Of a stretch of 64,000 nucleotides of DNA, positions 19,686 to 29,487 are shown in pieces (positions within the stretch are counted from its first letter, which is position 1; the number at the start of each line of letters is the position of its first letter). The position numbers were made by a program, and so were the translations under genes. The notes beneath the pieces were generated by a model. It was not told the DNA's origin, did no database searches, and saw only the letters and a list, made by a program, of their open reading frames with translations. Origin of the DNA: a virus (taxonomy: Duplodnaviria > Caudoviricetes); the IMG/VR virus record IMGVR_UViG_3300027858_000004, positions 64,001 to 128,000 of that record; one strand, 5' to 3'.

Positions 19686-20034
19686 ACAAGAAATTTATGA
19701 TTCAATTGTTAATTGGCAAATGGAAGCTGGAGAAGATTTCTTAGATTACTTTGACTCAGACTTAAAGGCTGGGAGCTATATGATATGGTGCTTAGGTAGG
19801 GGTCACATTACAGTTGAACAATTTAATCTGTGGGAAGAAGATAGCAGCTATTATTCAGATTGGGCTTCACACTATGTTCATAACTGTCATGGAGAAGATA
19901 TTCCTTATTCAGTTGTTAGTGAAGAAGACTGGACAGAAGAGGGTCAAGAAAAGGCTTATATGATTCTTGCAGAGTTTATTTCTGAAAGTGTTACCTATCA
20001 AAAGAGACTAAAAGAATTTTTAGAGGAAAACTAA
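19678..20034 (+). CDS. hypothetical acidic protein
   Basis: GGAGG RBS before ATG 19678. Confidence 0.7.
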   Translation: MNKQEIYDSIVNWQMEAGEDFLDYFDSDLKAGSYMIWCLGRGHITVEQFNLWEEDSSYYSDWASHYVHNCHGEDIPYSVVSEEDWTEEGQEKAYMILAEFISESVTYQKRLKEFLEEN

Positions 20035-20037
20035 GCT

Positions 20038-20223
20038 ATGAAATTTTTAGAATATTTTAGAGTAAATAGCACACCCATTGCAATAACACTGGCAATCTTA
20101 ATGCTATTAAACTTTTATTCCACAAATGAGAATGGGATTATAGTTAATGTGTTAGTAAATGGAGTAACATGGATAGTTATCTACACATTGTTAAAGCAAT
20201 TTATCTTTTTTAAAAAATCATAA
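20038..20223 (+). CDS. small membrane protein
   Basis: two TM segments. Confidence 0.6.
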   Translation: MKFLEYFRVNSTPIAITLAILMLLNFYSTNENGIIVNVLVNGVTWIVIYTLLKQFIFFKKS

Positions 20224-20231
20224 ATTACTTA

Positions 20232-20260
20232 TTGACAACATATTAAACCTGTGATAAGCT
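20232..20260 (+). promoter_or_regulatory. sigA-type promoter
   Basis: TTGACA-17bp-(TG)TAAGCT. Confidence 0.7.
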
Positions 20261-20266
20261 TGTTTA

Positions 20267-20479
20267 GTGGAGGTGAGAAGGATACTTAAAGAGCATAAGG
20301 TCATAGTAATATTAGATGAGCCTAAAAGGGTTGCTTTAAAGCTAGACCACTTAGATATAGAATATTGGAGTGTAACAGTAATCATGAAAGGCTCAAAGAA
20401 AGAGTATGAGTCATCGGTAACTTTTGAAACGTTTGATAAAGCTATTGCATTAAAAGAGGGGGATACTTTTCTCCGATGA
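20267..20479 (+). CDS. hypothetical protein
   Basis: ORF track; start uncertain. Confidence 0.6.
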   Translation: MEVRRILKEHKVIVILDEPKRVALKLDHLDIEYWSVTVIMKGSKKEYESSVTFETFDKAIALKEGDTFLR

Positions 20480-20493
20480 GAGCAGGTAATTAA

Positions 20494-20742
20494 TTGAACA
20501 TTGAAGATATTGAATTAGAAAACGTTGAAAGAATTGAAAGACAATTAATAGAAAAGTATGGAGCATTAGGTGCATCTCTAACTAATAGTATTAAAACTAT
20601 TAAAACCAATTTAAAATTATACTCTATTGATGAAGAACTTTTAAACAGAGTTAATGAAGAGATGTATGAGGCTGGGCAACAAGAAGATATCAAAGATGTG
20701 GAAACAAAAATAAAGCACCTGTCCAGTACGTTTTGGGACTAA
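20494..20742 (+). CDS. hypothetical protein
   Basis: ORF track. Confidence 0.6.
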   Translation: MNIEDIELENVERIERQLIEKYGALGASLTNSIKTIKTNLKLYSIDEELLNRVNEEMYEAGQQEDIKDVETKIKHLSSTFWD

Positions 20743-20790
20743 GAGCTTTATACTAAAAACTATATATTGACATGAAAAGGGGTTTGGAAA

Positions 20791-21147
20791 ATGAAGAATG
20801 AAACAATTCGACAAAACACTAAGAAAGAACAAATTATCAATATCTTGAGAGAGCATCCAAATGGTATCACAAACGTGGAGCTTTCTAAAGTGGCACTTCG
20901 CTATGGAGGATATCTTGGCTTACTTTATAGAGATGGATACAAAATTACTAAAGCTCATTTGGGTGATGGTGTATATCTATACACTCTAACAGAAGAGCCA
21001 AAAGAAAAGCGTCAGCACAGTACAGCAATTGAAACGTTTGCATGTGCATTACAACTAAATGGAATGGATGATGTTGCTTCATCCCTTGTGGAACTATTGG
21101 AGGAAGCAGGAGTAGCATTAAGATTCAAAGGTGGAACTTATCAATAA
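20791..21147 (+). CDS. putative winged-helix DNA-binding protein
   Basis: IINILREHPNGITNVEL...LYRDGYKI pattern. Confidence 0.6.
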   Translation: MKNETIRQNTKKEQIINILREHPNGITNVELSKVALRYGGYLGLLYRDGYKITKAHLGDGVYLYTLTEEPKEKRQHSTAIETFACALQLNGMDDVASSLVELLEEAGVALRFKGGTYQ

Positions 21148-21224
21148 ATAGTTATAAAGACTCCTTTCTATTAGTTAGTTATTAACATATAATATGAAAG
21201 CTCAAGAAGGGAGGGAGTTTTAGA

Positions 21225-21407
21225 ATGGGTTCATTAAAATACAGTATTACTTTTGTTGAAAAAAATGCTGGATACGAGAGCTTGACAGAAGAAGAATTAA
21301 CGGAAACTGCTGAAGCCTTAAAGGAATATATCAAAGATATTCTGGCTGTTAGATTTAATACGGAGAGAGAAACAATTCAAATAAGCTTTGAAGCAGTTCA
21401 AGAATAG
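21225..21407 (+). CDS. hypothetical protein
   Basis: ORF with RBS. Confidence 0.6.
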   Translation: MGSLKYSITFVEKNAGYESLTEEELTETAEALKEYIKDILAVRFNTERETIQISFEAVQE

Positions 21408-21417
21408 GAGGATTTAA

Positions 21418-22011
21418 ATGGAGTTCAAAACAGAAATTAAAGCATCTAAATTTAAAAAAGACAACATCGTGGGACTAATCAATAGCCCTGACCAAAGCTC
21501 ATACATTATTTTAGCTAAGTATCTAGTAAATAATAAATATAGCTATGAGTGCACTCTACTGGATGATTTTCTAAGTGGGAAAAAGTTTGGTATGTATACA
21601 TTTAGTGAATCACAACTAGGGTTAATAGAGGATATAAAGCAAGGAGAATTCTCTATGGACATGACAAATGTGATATTAGATTTAACACCTGCAACCCTGT
21701 TCCCATCAGATGGTGCAAAAGTAGACCCTAATCATAAGTTGCACATGGACTTAATTCTTCAAATGCATGAGACTTATCTTGTAAAAAATAAAGACTACGG
21801 TAATTCATTCTCTGAGCAATACGATGAGTATGGTGTATTGTCGGCTATTATCCGCTTTGATGATAAGATACGTAGAATTAAACAGCTTATGCGCAATGGC
21901 AAAGCAGAAGTAAACGATGAGAGCTTAAAAGACAGTGTAAAAGACTTAGCAAATTATGCAGTAATGCTTTGGATGGAATTAGAAAAAGATGAAAGAAATA
22001 ATATAAAATAA
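21418..22011 (+). CDS. DUF1599/nucleotide-modification-associated domain protein
   Basis: C-terminal KNKDYGNSF...IRFDDKIRR...DLANYAVM. Confidence 0.75.
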   Translation: MEFKTEIKASKFKKDNIVGLINSPDQSSYIILAKYLVNNKYSYECTLLDDFLSGKKFGMYTFSESQLGLIEDIKQGEFSMDMTNVILDLTPATLFPSDGAKVDPNHKLHMDLILQMHETYLVKNKDYGNSFSEQYDEYGVLSAIIRFDDKIRRIKQLMRNGKAEVNDESLKDSVKDLANYAVMLWMELEKDERNNIK

Positions 22012-22058
22012 TTTATAAACTACTTAATGACAAGTAGATAAAAGGAAGAGGAAGAAAA

Positions 22059-22250
22059 ATGGAAATGAGAATGGAAAAATTGGTTCGTGGAGACAAGGTA
22101 TTATTTAATCCAGCGTTTGAGGAGCAAGCATGGATTGACTATGCAGGATTGGAAGCAGAAGTGTTGTCTGTTTTCAACGATGAAGTAGAGATTTTATTTG
22201 AAGATGGAACGGAACTTGGAGTTATTGATTTCGAATTAATTAAAAAATAA
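22059..22250 (+). CDS. hypothetical SH3/KOW-like protein
   Basis: ORF with RBS. Confidence 0.6.
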   Translation: MEMRMEKLVRGDKVLFNPAFEEQAWIDYAGLEAEVLSVFNDEVEILFEDGTELGVIDFELIKK

Positions 22251-22305
22251 GAAAAGCGTAGAAACCTACTGCTTTCAAATATGAAAAAAAGAGAGGAAAT
22301 GAAAC

Positions 22306-23703
22306 ATGACAATTATCACAAAAGACAGAAACTCACATGTTCAAAAGTCGGAGTTTATGTTGGAAAGATTTGAGCGTTTCTTTAATGAAATTATAGAGGA
22401 CTCAGAAAAACAATATGACCAAGACATTCTTAATACAATCAAAGAAAACGTATTGGACTACGTTGAATCAAAAGAAGAGGTTGAAGCAGATAAGCTTTTT
22501 GATTTAATTATCAGAGCATCTAATGACCAAATCTCCGAGAAGAATCCTGATTTCACTTATTTAAGTGCATCAGCATTGCGCAGAAAGATTTATAAACAAG
22601 CATCTAAAAATCGTGGTTTTGATTATAAAAACGGATATGGAGATTACTATTCATTCGTTATCCAGATGGTTGAGCAAGGAATTTATGATGAAGACATTTT
22701 AACTTCCTATACCGAAGCAGAAATTAGAAGAGTAGGTAAATTAATCAACATTGGCAAAGATAAGAAGTTCAGTTATGCAGGATTATTTATGCTTAACAAC
22801 ACTTACTTGAAAAAGGGATACAGAGGAGAAGTATTGGAGCTACCACAAGAGCGCTTCTTAACATCTGCTTTATACTTCATGAAAGACGAGAAGAAAACTA
22901 AGCGTTTTGAGTTTGTTCGTGAAGCTTATTGGGCATTGTCTAATCACTTCATTGGTTTGGCAACCCCTTCATTGTTAAATGCTGGCGCAACTAATGGAAC
23001 ACTCTCATCTTGCCATATTATTACCCCTAATGATGATTTAATGAGCATTATGGAAAGTTTGAAACAGACAGCCAAGTTCTCACAAAATGGAGCTGGAATT
23101 GGAATTTATATGGGATTCTTACGTGCAAGTGGTTCGTGGATTCGTGGATACAAAGGTCGTGCAACTGGGGTTCTACATCCTTCACGCTTAACTAGTACAT
23201 TAGCTGAGTATGTAAATCAACTTGGCGCTAGACCTGCTGGAATAGCTTTGTATTTACCTGTGTGGCATTTAGATGTATTTGACTTCTTAGATTTACGATT
23301 GAAAACTGGGTCACAAGAGAAACGTGCTCACACTATTAAAACTGCTGTAACTGTACCAGATGAGTTTATGCGCAGATTGAAAGCTAAGCAAAACTTCACT
23401 CTCTTTGACCCATATGAATTTAAGAAGAAAATGGGAGTGGACTTGAACCGCTTGTTCGATAAAAAGAAATTGATGGATGGAGAAGAACCCAATAAAGTTG
23501 ACCATGCTTTCACTTACTGGTATCGCAAAGCAGAAGAAGACAAAACATTTGAGCTTAGTCGTGTTGTAAGCACAACTGAGATTTACAAATCAATCTTTGC
23601 ATCACGTAAAACTGGTGGAACACCTTACATGTACTACTCTGACATCTCAGCACGAATGAATCCTAATGAGCACATGGGAATGCCTTTTGGTTCTAATCTG
23701 TGT
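22306..23703 (+). CDS. nrdA: class I ribonucleotide reductase alpha subunit, exon 1
   Basis: ATP..NAG, LSSC, GAGIG; ends at the catalytic SNLC. Confidence 0.92.
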
Positions 23704-24604
23704 TAATTATTAGCACCTTTGAGAAGTGATTCTCATAGCAAACCCATCTAAACAGGGGAACTCTCATGGCATTGAGACAATCCTGTGCTAAATACTCGAT
23801 ATTGACAAATAAATGATATGGATGTGAAAAACAATGATTTATGATGTATATTCAATTACATGCTTAGCAAATGGCAGGGTGTATTTTGGTCGCTCTCAGG
23901 AGATAGGAAAAAGATGGAGAGCACATGTGAACATGCTTAGAAAGTCGGTTCATAACAACTTACTTCTTCAATCTGACTGGAATGAATATGGTGAGCCAAA
24001 CTTTACATTCAAGATAATCCATTCAACAGAATCTCTAGAAGAGTCTGTAGATATTGAGCAATCATACATTGATTCCAGCGCCTATGAAAAATATAACATT
24101 TCTGATGCAAAAGACGGTGGAAATACATTTACAAATAACCCCAGAAGCGAAGTTACTAGAAAGTTAAAAAGCTATAACACCACTGGGGAGAGAAATCCAA
24201 TGTATGGAAAACCGAAATCAGAAAAAATGATAAGTAGAGTTAAAGAGGCAAATTCCAAGCCTGTGGTGGTTGAAGGTGTTCTTTATCCAAGCTCAGTAGA
24301 AGTTAGCAAGGCAACTGGGATAAAAACTACAACAATAAACTACAGATTGCAATCCAAATCTCCAAGATTTAAAGATTGGAATTATGCATAAAAAGCAATA
24401 TCGAGTTAAATGCCAAACGACTATCGAAAGGGTAGCTTACATCGAGAGGATATAAGTGAGAACCGAGTAGAGTACACTCAAGCGAGTGGAAAAGATGGGA
24501 ATCTGTAGTAACGATACAGATTATGATATAGTCTAGCCTCTATAGTGATGTAGAGCAGTCTAGAGACGGTTGTGACATTAGCGATGTTACAGCGAATATA
24601 AGCG
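23704..24604 (+). ncRNA. group I intron in nrdA
   Basis: 5' exon ends in U and intron ends in G; GACTA/TAGTC core pairing; splicing restores SNLC|SEIIQN in frame. Confidence 0.9.
23834..24391 (+). CDS. intron-encoded GIY-YIG homing endonuclease
   Basis: VYSI..VYFGRS..RWRAH, NUMOD3-like GERNPMYGK, C-terminal HTH. Confidence 0.9.
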   Translation: MIYDVYSITCLANGRVYFGRSQEIGKRWRAHVNMLRKSVHNNLLLQSDWNEYGEPNFTFKIIHSTESLEESVDIEQSYIDSSAYEKYNISDAKDGGNTFTNNPRSEVTRKLKSYNTTGERNPMYGKPKSEKMISRVKEANSKPVVVEGVLYPSSVEVSKATGIKTTTINYRLQSKSPRFKDWNYA

Positions 24605-25531
24605 AGTGAGATTATTCAAAATATGGATTATGACCGAGTTGAGTCAGAAGAGTTGGATAAAGAAGGCTTCTTAGTTACTAAGACAAAGGGTGAAGGATTA
24701 GTTACATGTAACTTATCGTCATTGGTATTAAACAACATATTTGGAAAAGGCAATGAACATGTTGACTTGCAAAAGGTTGTTGATATCCAGTTTAGAATGT
24801 TGGATAACGTTATCACACTAAATCGCACAGTTGTTCCACAAGCCACACACACTAATAGACTTTATCGTGCTGTTGGGGCAGGAGCTATGGGGCTAGTTAC
24901 TCTAATGACATCTGAGGGTATTCGCTGGGAGTCTAATGAAGCATCTGAATTCACAGAGAATATTTTTAAGCAATATTTAATGGCTTCAATTAAAGCATCG
25001 TCAAAACTGGCAGAAGAGAAAGGTTCTTATCCTTATTACGAAGGCTCAGATTGGAACACAGGAGCATTCTTTGATAAGCGTGGATTCGTTTCTGATGAGT
25101 GGAATGAGGTTCGTGATTTAGCTTCTAAGGGCATGAGAAATGCTTACTTGATGGCTATTGCTCCGACATCTTCAAACTCAATCATGATGAATAGTAGTCC
25201 AAGTATTGACCCTCCGTATGCTGTTATCTACAGAGAAGAGAAGTCTGGACTTAATGTTATCATTGTTCCTTCTAACTACAATAATCAAACAAAATGGTTT
25301 TATAAGTCTGGTTTTGAAATGGATGAAATGTGGGCAATTAAAGTTGTTGCGGCAGCTCAAAAATACATTGACCAAGCTATCAGCCACAACATGCATGTTT
25401 CCAAGTCTATTAAAGGTTCTGAGCTATTGAGACTGGATATGGGTGTTTGGGAAAACGGCATAAAAACTACTTATTACACATACACAGAAGACTACGTGTT
25501 GGATGATACTTGTGTAATGTGCAGTTCATAA
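24605..25531 (+). CDS. nrdA: ribonucleotide reductase alpha subunit, exon 2
   Basis: CNLSS, GAGAMG, AIAPT, DQAIS, KTTYY, C-terminal CxxC. Confidence 0.92.
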   Translation, partial: SEIIQNMDYDRVESEELDKEGFLVTKTKGEGLVTCNLSSLVLNNIFGKGNEHVDLQKVVDIQFRMLDNVITLNRTVVPQATHTNRLYRAVGAGAMGLVTLMTSEGIRWESNEASEFTENIFKQYLMASIKASSKLAEEKGSYPYYEGSDWNTGAFFDKRGFVSDEWNEVRDLASKGMRNAYLMAIAPTSSNSIMMNSSPSIDPPYAVIYREEKSGLNVIIVPSNYNNQTKWFYKSGFEMDEMWAIKVVAAAQKYIDQAISHNMHVSKSIKGSELLRLDMGVWENGIKTTYYTYTEDYVLDDTCVMCSS

Positions 25532-25546
25532 AGGAGAACAGTTAAA

Positions 25547-26638
25547 ATGAAGAATTTTAGAGTTTATGATGGAGAAGCAAGCAATTCAGCTACAAAAGTA
25601 TTCGGAGGGAAGTCAAGTGGGATACGTGATTGGGACAAAATCAAGTATCCTCAGATGCTTGACCTAAACAAATCATTATTCGCAGAGTACTGGAATGAAG
25701 ATGAAATAAAATTATCAAAAGACATTGAAGAGTATCGTGAAAAACTAAATGACACAGAAAGACGAGTGTTCAATATTATCTCTGGAAAGTTAAACTGGCT
25801 AGATTCAATAGCAACTGATTTTAACTTTGTACTTGGATACTTATGCACTGACTCATCTGTGCGCTCTGTTATTGCCATGATTGATTCGTTTGAGCAATTG
25901 CACAATAGAAGTTATCAATATTTAACTTCTTCTATGTTAAATCAACAAGAGAAGGAACAGGCTTTTGAAGAAACAAAAAGAATTCCTGAATTAGTTCACA
26001 GAAATGAACTGGTCATTACACCCATTCAAGATATGGTCGATAAAGCAAAACAATATCTATTCTTAGAAGAGGGTGAGGAACCATCCGATGAGCTATTAGA
26101 ATCTATCGCTTTTGGGGTTTTATCTAATATGATTCTTGAAGGTCTTTATTTCTCAGGTGGATTCACTTATTTCCATTCTTTAGCTCGTGACCAAAAAATG
26201 ATTGGCTCAAACAATATGATTCAACTTATTCGAGATGATGAGAATCAACATTCTACGTTCTATGGCATGTTGTTCCAAATTGTTATGGGTGAGAATCCAC
26301 AATTGGCAACTCCAGAGAACTATAAAAAAGCTTTGGACTACGTTGTTGAGGCAGTGAATCGTGAGAAGGTTTGGGCTACCTATATATTCCAAGGTATTGA
26401 TACTTTATCTATTAAAGAGTATCACAACTATGTTGAGTATTTGGCTAATCTAATTTGTCGTAACGCTGGTATCGAAGAACCTTATCCAGAAAATGAACAG
26501 CTAAAATCTCAATGGATTAACACCTATGGGAAGAAGAAGCGTTCAGGAGAAGCAAATGAAATCGTAACTAGAACAGATTTCCTTCAAGGTAATGCAATCA
26601 ACTATGCTCACGAAGGTGGGGAGGACTTTGACCTCTAA
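25547..26638 (+). CDS. nrdB: ribonucleotide reductase beta subunit
   Basis: LDS, EQLHNRSY, LEGLYF and RDDENQH metal/tyrosyl motifs. Confidence 0.92.
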   Translation: MKNFRVYDGEASNSATKVFGGKSSGIRDWDKIKYPQMLDLNKSLFAEYWNEDEIKLSKDIEEYREKLNDTERRVFNIISGKLNWLDSIATDFNFVLGYLCTDSSVRSVIAMIDSFEQLHNRSYQYLTSSMLNQQEKEQAFEETKRIPELVHRNELVITPIQDMVDKAKQYLFLEEGEEPSDELLESIAFGVLSNMILEGLYFSGGFTYFHSLARDQKMIGSNNMIQLIRDDENQHSTFYGMLFQIVMGENPQLATPENYKKALDYVVEAVNREKVWATYIFQGIDTLSIKEYHNYVEYLANLICRNAGIEEPYPENEQLKSQWINTYGKKKRSGEANEIVTRTDFLQGNAINYAHEGGEDFDL

Positions 26639-27044
26639 GAAACTACTTGTCTACTATTCAATGACTGGAAATACTAAAGCTATGATTCCATTCTTTGAAG
26701 CCCTAAATTTTGATTTGATTGATATTAGAAAGGTTGACTCCATAGATTTTGAACCTTATGAGTTCATAGCTTTTGGTACGTCTACTTGGGGGAGAGGTCT
26801 TCCTCCAAAACCCTTCTTTAAACTTAGGGATGATATTGTAAAAATAAAAGGCAAGTCTATTGGATTGTTTGGAAGTGGAAGAAGTGAGTATGAGTTCTTT
26901 TGTGGAGCTTTAGACCTTTTAGAAGAGCTACTTCAAAGTGGTAATAATAAAATAGTATTTAAGTATAAATACGAAGGTTATCCAAGGGAAATTGACTTTG
27001 GAAACATGAAGAAAAACATTAAAAATTTGGAGGAACTATTATGA
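26628..27044 (+). CDS. flavodoxin
   Basis: YYSMTGNT, GTSTWG, FGSG..Y..FCGA. Confidence 0.88.
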   Translation: MTSKKLLVYYSMTGNTKAMIPFFEALNFDLIDIRKVDSIDFEPYEFIAFGTSTWGRGLPPKPFFKLRDDIVKIKGKSIGLFGSGRSEYEFFCGALDLLEELLQSGNNKIVFKYKYEGYPREIDFGNMKKNIKNLEELL

Positions 27045-27304
27045 CAAAAAGACTATTAAAATTTGAAGGCGCTTCTTGTGGAGCATGTAAATCAGCACAG
27101 AGTTTATTAGATAGCATTGATGCACCTATAGAAAAAATTGACGTGGGCGAAAGTCCACATTTGGCAGCACAGTATGACATTGGTGGAATTCCAACATTTA
27201 TTTTACTTGATGGAGATGACACTGAGTTAGATAGAATGATTGGATATAATCCCAATCGTTCATCTGAGCTATTAAATCTAGTAAACAAATTAAAAACTAT
27301 ATAA
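27041..27304 (+). CDS. thioredoxin
   Basis: CGAC and IPT motifs, next to nrd genes. Confidence 0.88.
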   Translation: MTKRLLKFEGASCGACKSAQSLLDSIDAPIEKIDVGESPHLAAQYDIGGIPTFILLDGDDTELDRMIGYNPNRSSELLNLVNKLKTI

Positions 27305-27349
27305 TTTAAAACAAAATAAGACAAAACTAAAACAAGAGGAGAAATAATA

Positions 27350-28090
27350 ATGCAAACAATGCAATTCGTTAAAATTAATTTACAGGATATCGTATTCGAT
27401 AAAGGGTCTAAGCAACATGGTAAAGTTAAATATATTGATAATCCAACTCGCACAGCTAAAATTGAGGTCATCATTAGTAAAGATGAGAAAGCAGGGGAAC
27501 GCACAACACGTTTAATTGAAGCTAGACTTTCTAATTTAGTTGTGGTTGAAGAAGCTAAAAAAAAGCCTAGCCATGACCCTAATAAATGGTGGTCATTAGT
27601 TAAGATGTTCCATAAAGCTTTTAATCACCCTGTAGAAGAAAAACCAACTCAAATGGGATTAGAAAGAGCTACGGATAGAGCTGTTTGGACTGGGGAAGAA
27701 GCGTTAGTTGAATTCATTCATGCTTCATCCAATAATAAAGAAGAGTTTGATGAGGCATATAAAATGTTGATTGCTGGATTAGATAAGGCTAAAATAAAAT
27801 CAGATGCAATGGAATTCTATGAAGAGGGAGTACCACGTATCGTAGCTCAGTCAGATGCTTTAATTGATGCTCTATATTTCATCATGGGTTCACTTGTGGA
27901 AATGGGAGTTAAGCCAGATAAGCTAATGGATGCTGTTCAAGATGCTAACATGAGTAAATTGTTTACTGATGAAAATGGTAAGAAGTATGCTAAATATCGT
28001 GAGGAAGATGGAAAAATCCTTAAGTCTCCAGACTTCTTCCAACCAGAGCCAGAGTTGTTAAGAGAAATCTTGCGCCAAATGAATAAATAA
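27350..28090 (+). CDS. MazG-like/all-alpha NTP pyrophosphohydrolase
   Basis: FHKAF, EE..E, DALIDALY, ANMSK, DGKILK. Confidence 0.8.
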   Translation: MQTMQFVKINLQDIVFDKGSKQHGKVKYIDNPTRTAKIEVIISKDEKAGERTTRLIEARLSNLVVVEEAKKKPSHDPNKWWSLVKMFHKAFNHPVEEKPTQMGLERATDRAVWTGEEALVEFIHASSNNKEEFDEAYKMLIAGLDKAKIKSDAMEFYEEGVPRIVAQSDALIDALYFIMGSLVEMGVKPDKLMDAVQDANMSKLFTDENGKKYAKYREEDGKILKSPDFFQPEPELLREILRQMNK

Positions 28091-28095
28091 GATAC

Positions 28096-28128
28096 AATAG
28101 AAGAGGAGTAATTCCTCTTCTATTTTTT
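28096..28128 (+). terminator. intrinsic terminator
   Basis: 12-bp stem AATAGAAGAGGA/TCCTCTTCTATT plus T-tract. Confidence 0.85.
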
Positions 28129-28172
28129 ATATATAATAATAAAAACTATTTAATGAAATATAAATAAACAGG

Positions 28173-28201
28173 TTGACAACTGGTTTTTATTATGTTATGC
28201 T
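28173..28201 (+). promoter_or_regulatory. sigA-type promoter for the sigma gene
   Basis: TTGACA-17bp-(TG)TATGCT. Confidence 0.7.
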
Positions 28202-28281
28202 ATTAATAGATTAAAAGAAGTTGTTTAATCTGATTTATAAACTAGATAATGACATAAAACATAAGAAAAGAGGACGTATAA

Positions 28282-28917
28282 ATGGTAACAGCAATGGCAG
28301 AGGAACTCCCACCAGAAGAAGGTATGGATTTTTCAAACTTAACAAGTGAAAACGTAGCACAACTAATTGAAAAGTATAAGTATTTGGTTCCAATAACAAT
28401 TAGTAAAAGATTTAACGCAGAAGGGCTTTTAAGATATCATGGTCTAGGTAAAGATGATTTGGTGCAGTTTGGAACGATTGGATTGGTTGACGCTATAAAT
28501 AGCTATGACCCAAACAGAGGGGCAAAACTAAAGTCTCATATTATTTCATATATTTATCGCTATATAATACACTACTCACAAAAAGATTCTTTATATAATA
28601 AAAACAACTATAGCTTTGATTTGCTTAGAACTGTTAGCTTAGATGTTGATAATGATGATGAAGAGGACGTATTCTCAAGAGACGCAATAGAATCTGAATA
28701 TCTAAAGGATGATGGCTTCATCAGAAAATCAGAGATAAATATAATGTTCGAGCGACTGGAAGGTATTATACCAGAAAAAGCTATTAGGATTATTGGATTG
28801 CGCTTACAGGGATATACTAATCTTGAGGTATCAGAGATGGAAGGAATTACTCGACAAGCAGTTCAAAGAATGCTGAAAAGAAACAAGATGTATATTTTAA
28901 ATGCTATAAATGAATAA
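28282..28917 (+). CDS. phage sigma-70 family RNA polymerase sigma factor
   Basis: region 2 DLVQFGTIGLVDAINSYDPNRG; region 4 HTH. Confidence 0.85.
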   Translation: MVTAMAEELPPEEGMDFSNLTSENVAQLIEKYKYLVPITISKRFNAEGLLRYHGLGKDDLVQFGTIGLVDAINSYDPNRGAKLKSHIISYIYRYIIHYSQKDSLYNKNNYSFDLLRTVSLDVDNDDEEDVFSRDAIESEYLKDDGFIRKSEINIMFERLEGIIPEKAIRIIGLRLQGYTNLEVSEMEGITRQAVQRMLKRNKMYILNAINE

Positions 28918-28965
28918 TAAAATTTCTTTAAAAGTTAGTTAATGACAACAAATAGGAGGATTTAG

Positions 28966-29487
28966 ATGAATAAGGTAGATGAAATGTTTATTGAGGATTT
29001 AGAAGAAATTCTTAAGCAAGATTGGGAAGTAGACAATAGGGCTAAGTGGCTTGATGGTACACAGACAAAGACAAAACGTATTATTCAATCAGTAAATAGA
29101 TATGACTTGTCAGAAGGGTTTCCAATCTTTAATCTTCGTGAAATTAATTGGAAACTTCCTATCGATGAAATTATTTGGATAATGATTAAACAGTCTAATA
29201 ACATTAAAGATTTGAATAGTAAGATATGGAACTCTTGGGCAAATGAAAATGGCGATATTGAAAAAGCATATGGCTATCAAATTGCAAAGCCTACTATGGG
29301 GCATCCATCTCAGATGCACTATGTAATAAATGAGATTAAAACAAATCCAACAAGCAGACGTATTATGATAAATATGTTCTCAGCAGAAGAGCAATTAACT
29401 AAAGCTACTGAATCATTGGTTGAGTGTGCATATGCAATCCACTTAAGCGTAAAGAATGGAAAGCTTGATATGACTCTGATTCAGCGT
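28966..29487 (+). CDS. thyA: thymidylate synthase, exon 1
   Basis: IWNSWA, AYGYQ, NPTSRRI, catalytic Cys; ends IQR. Confidence 0.9.
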
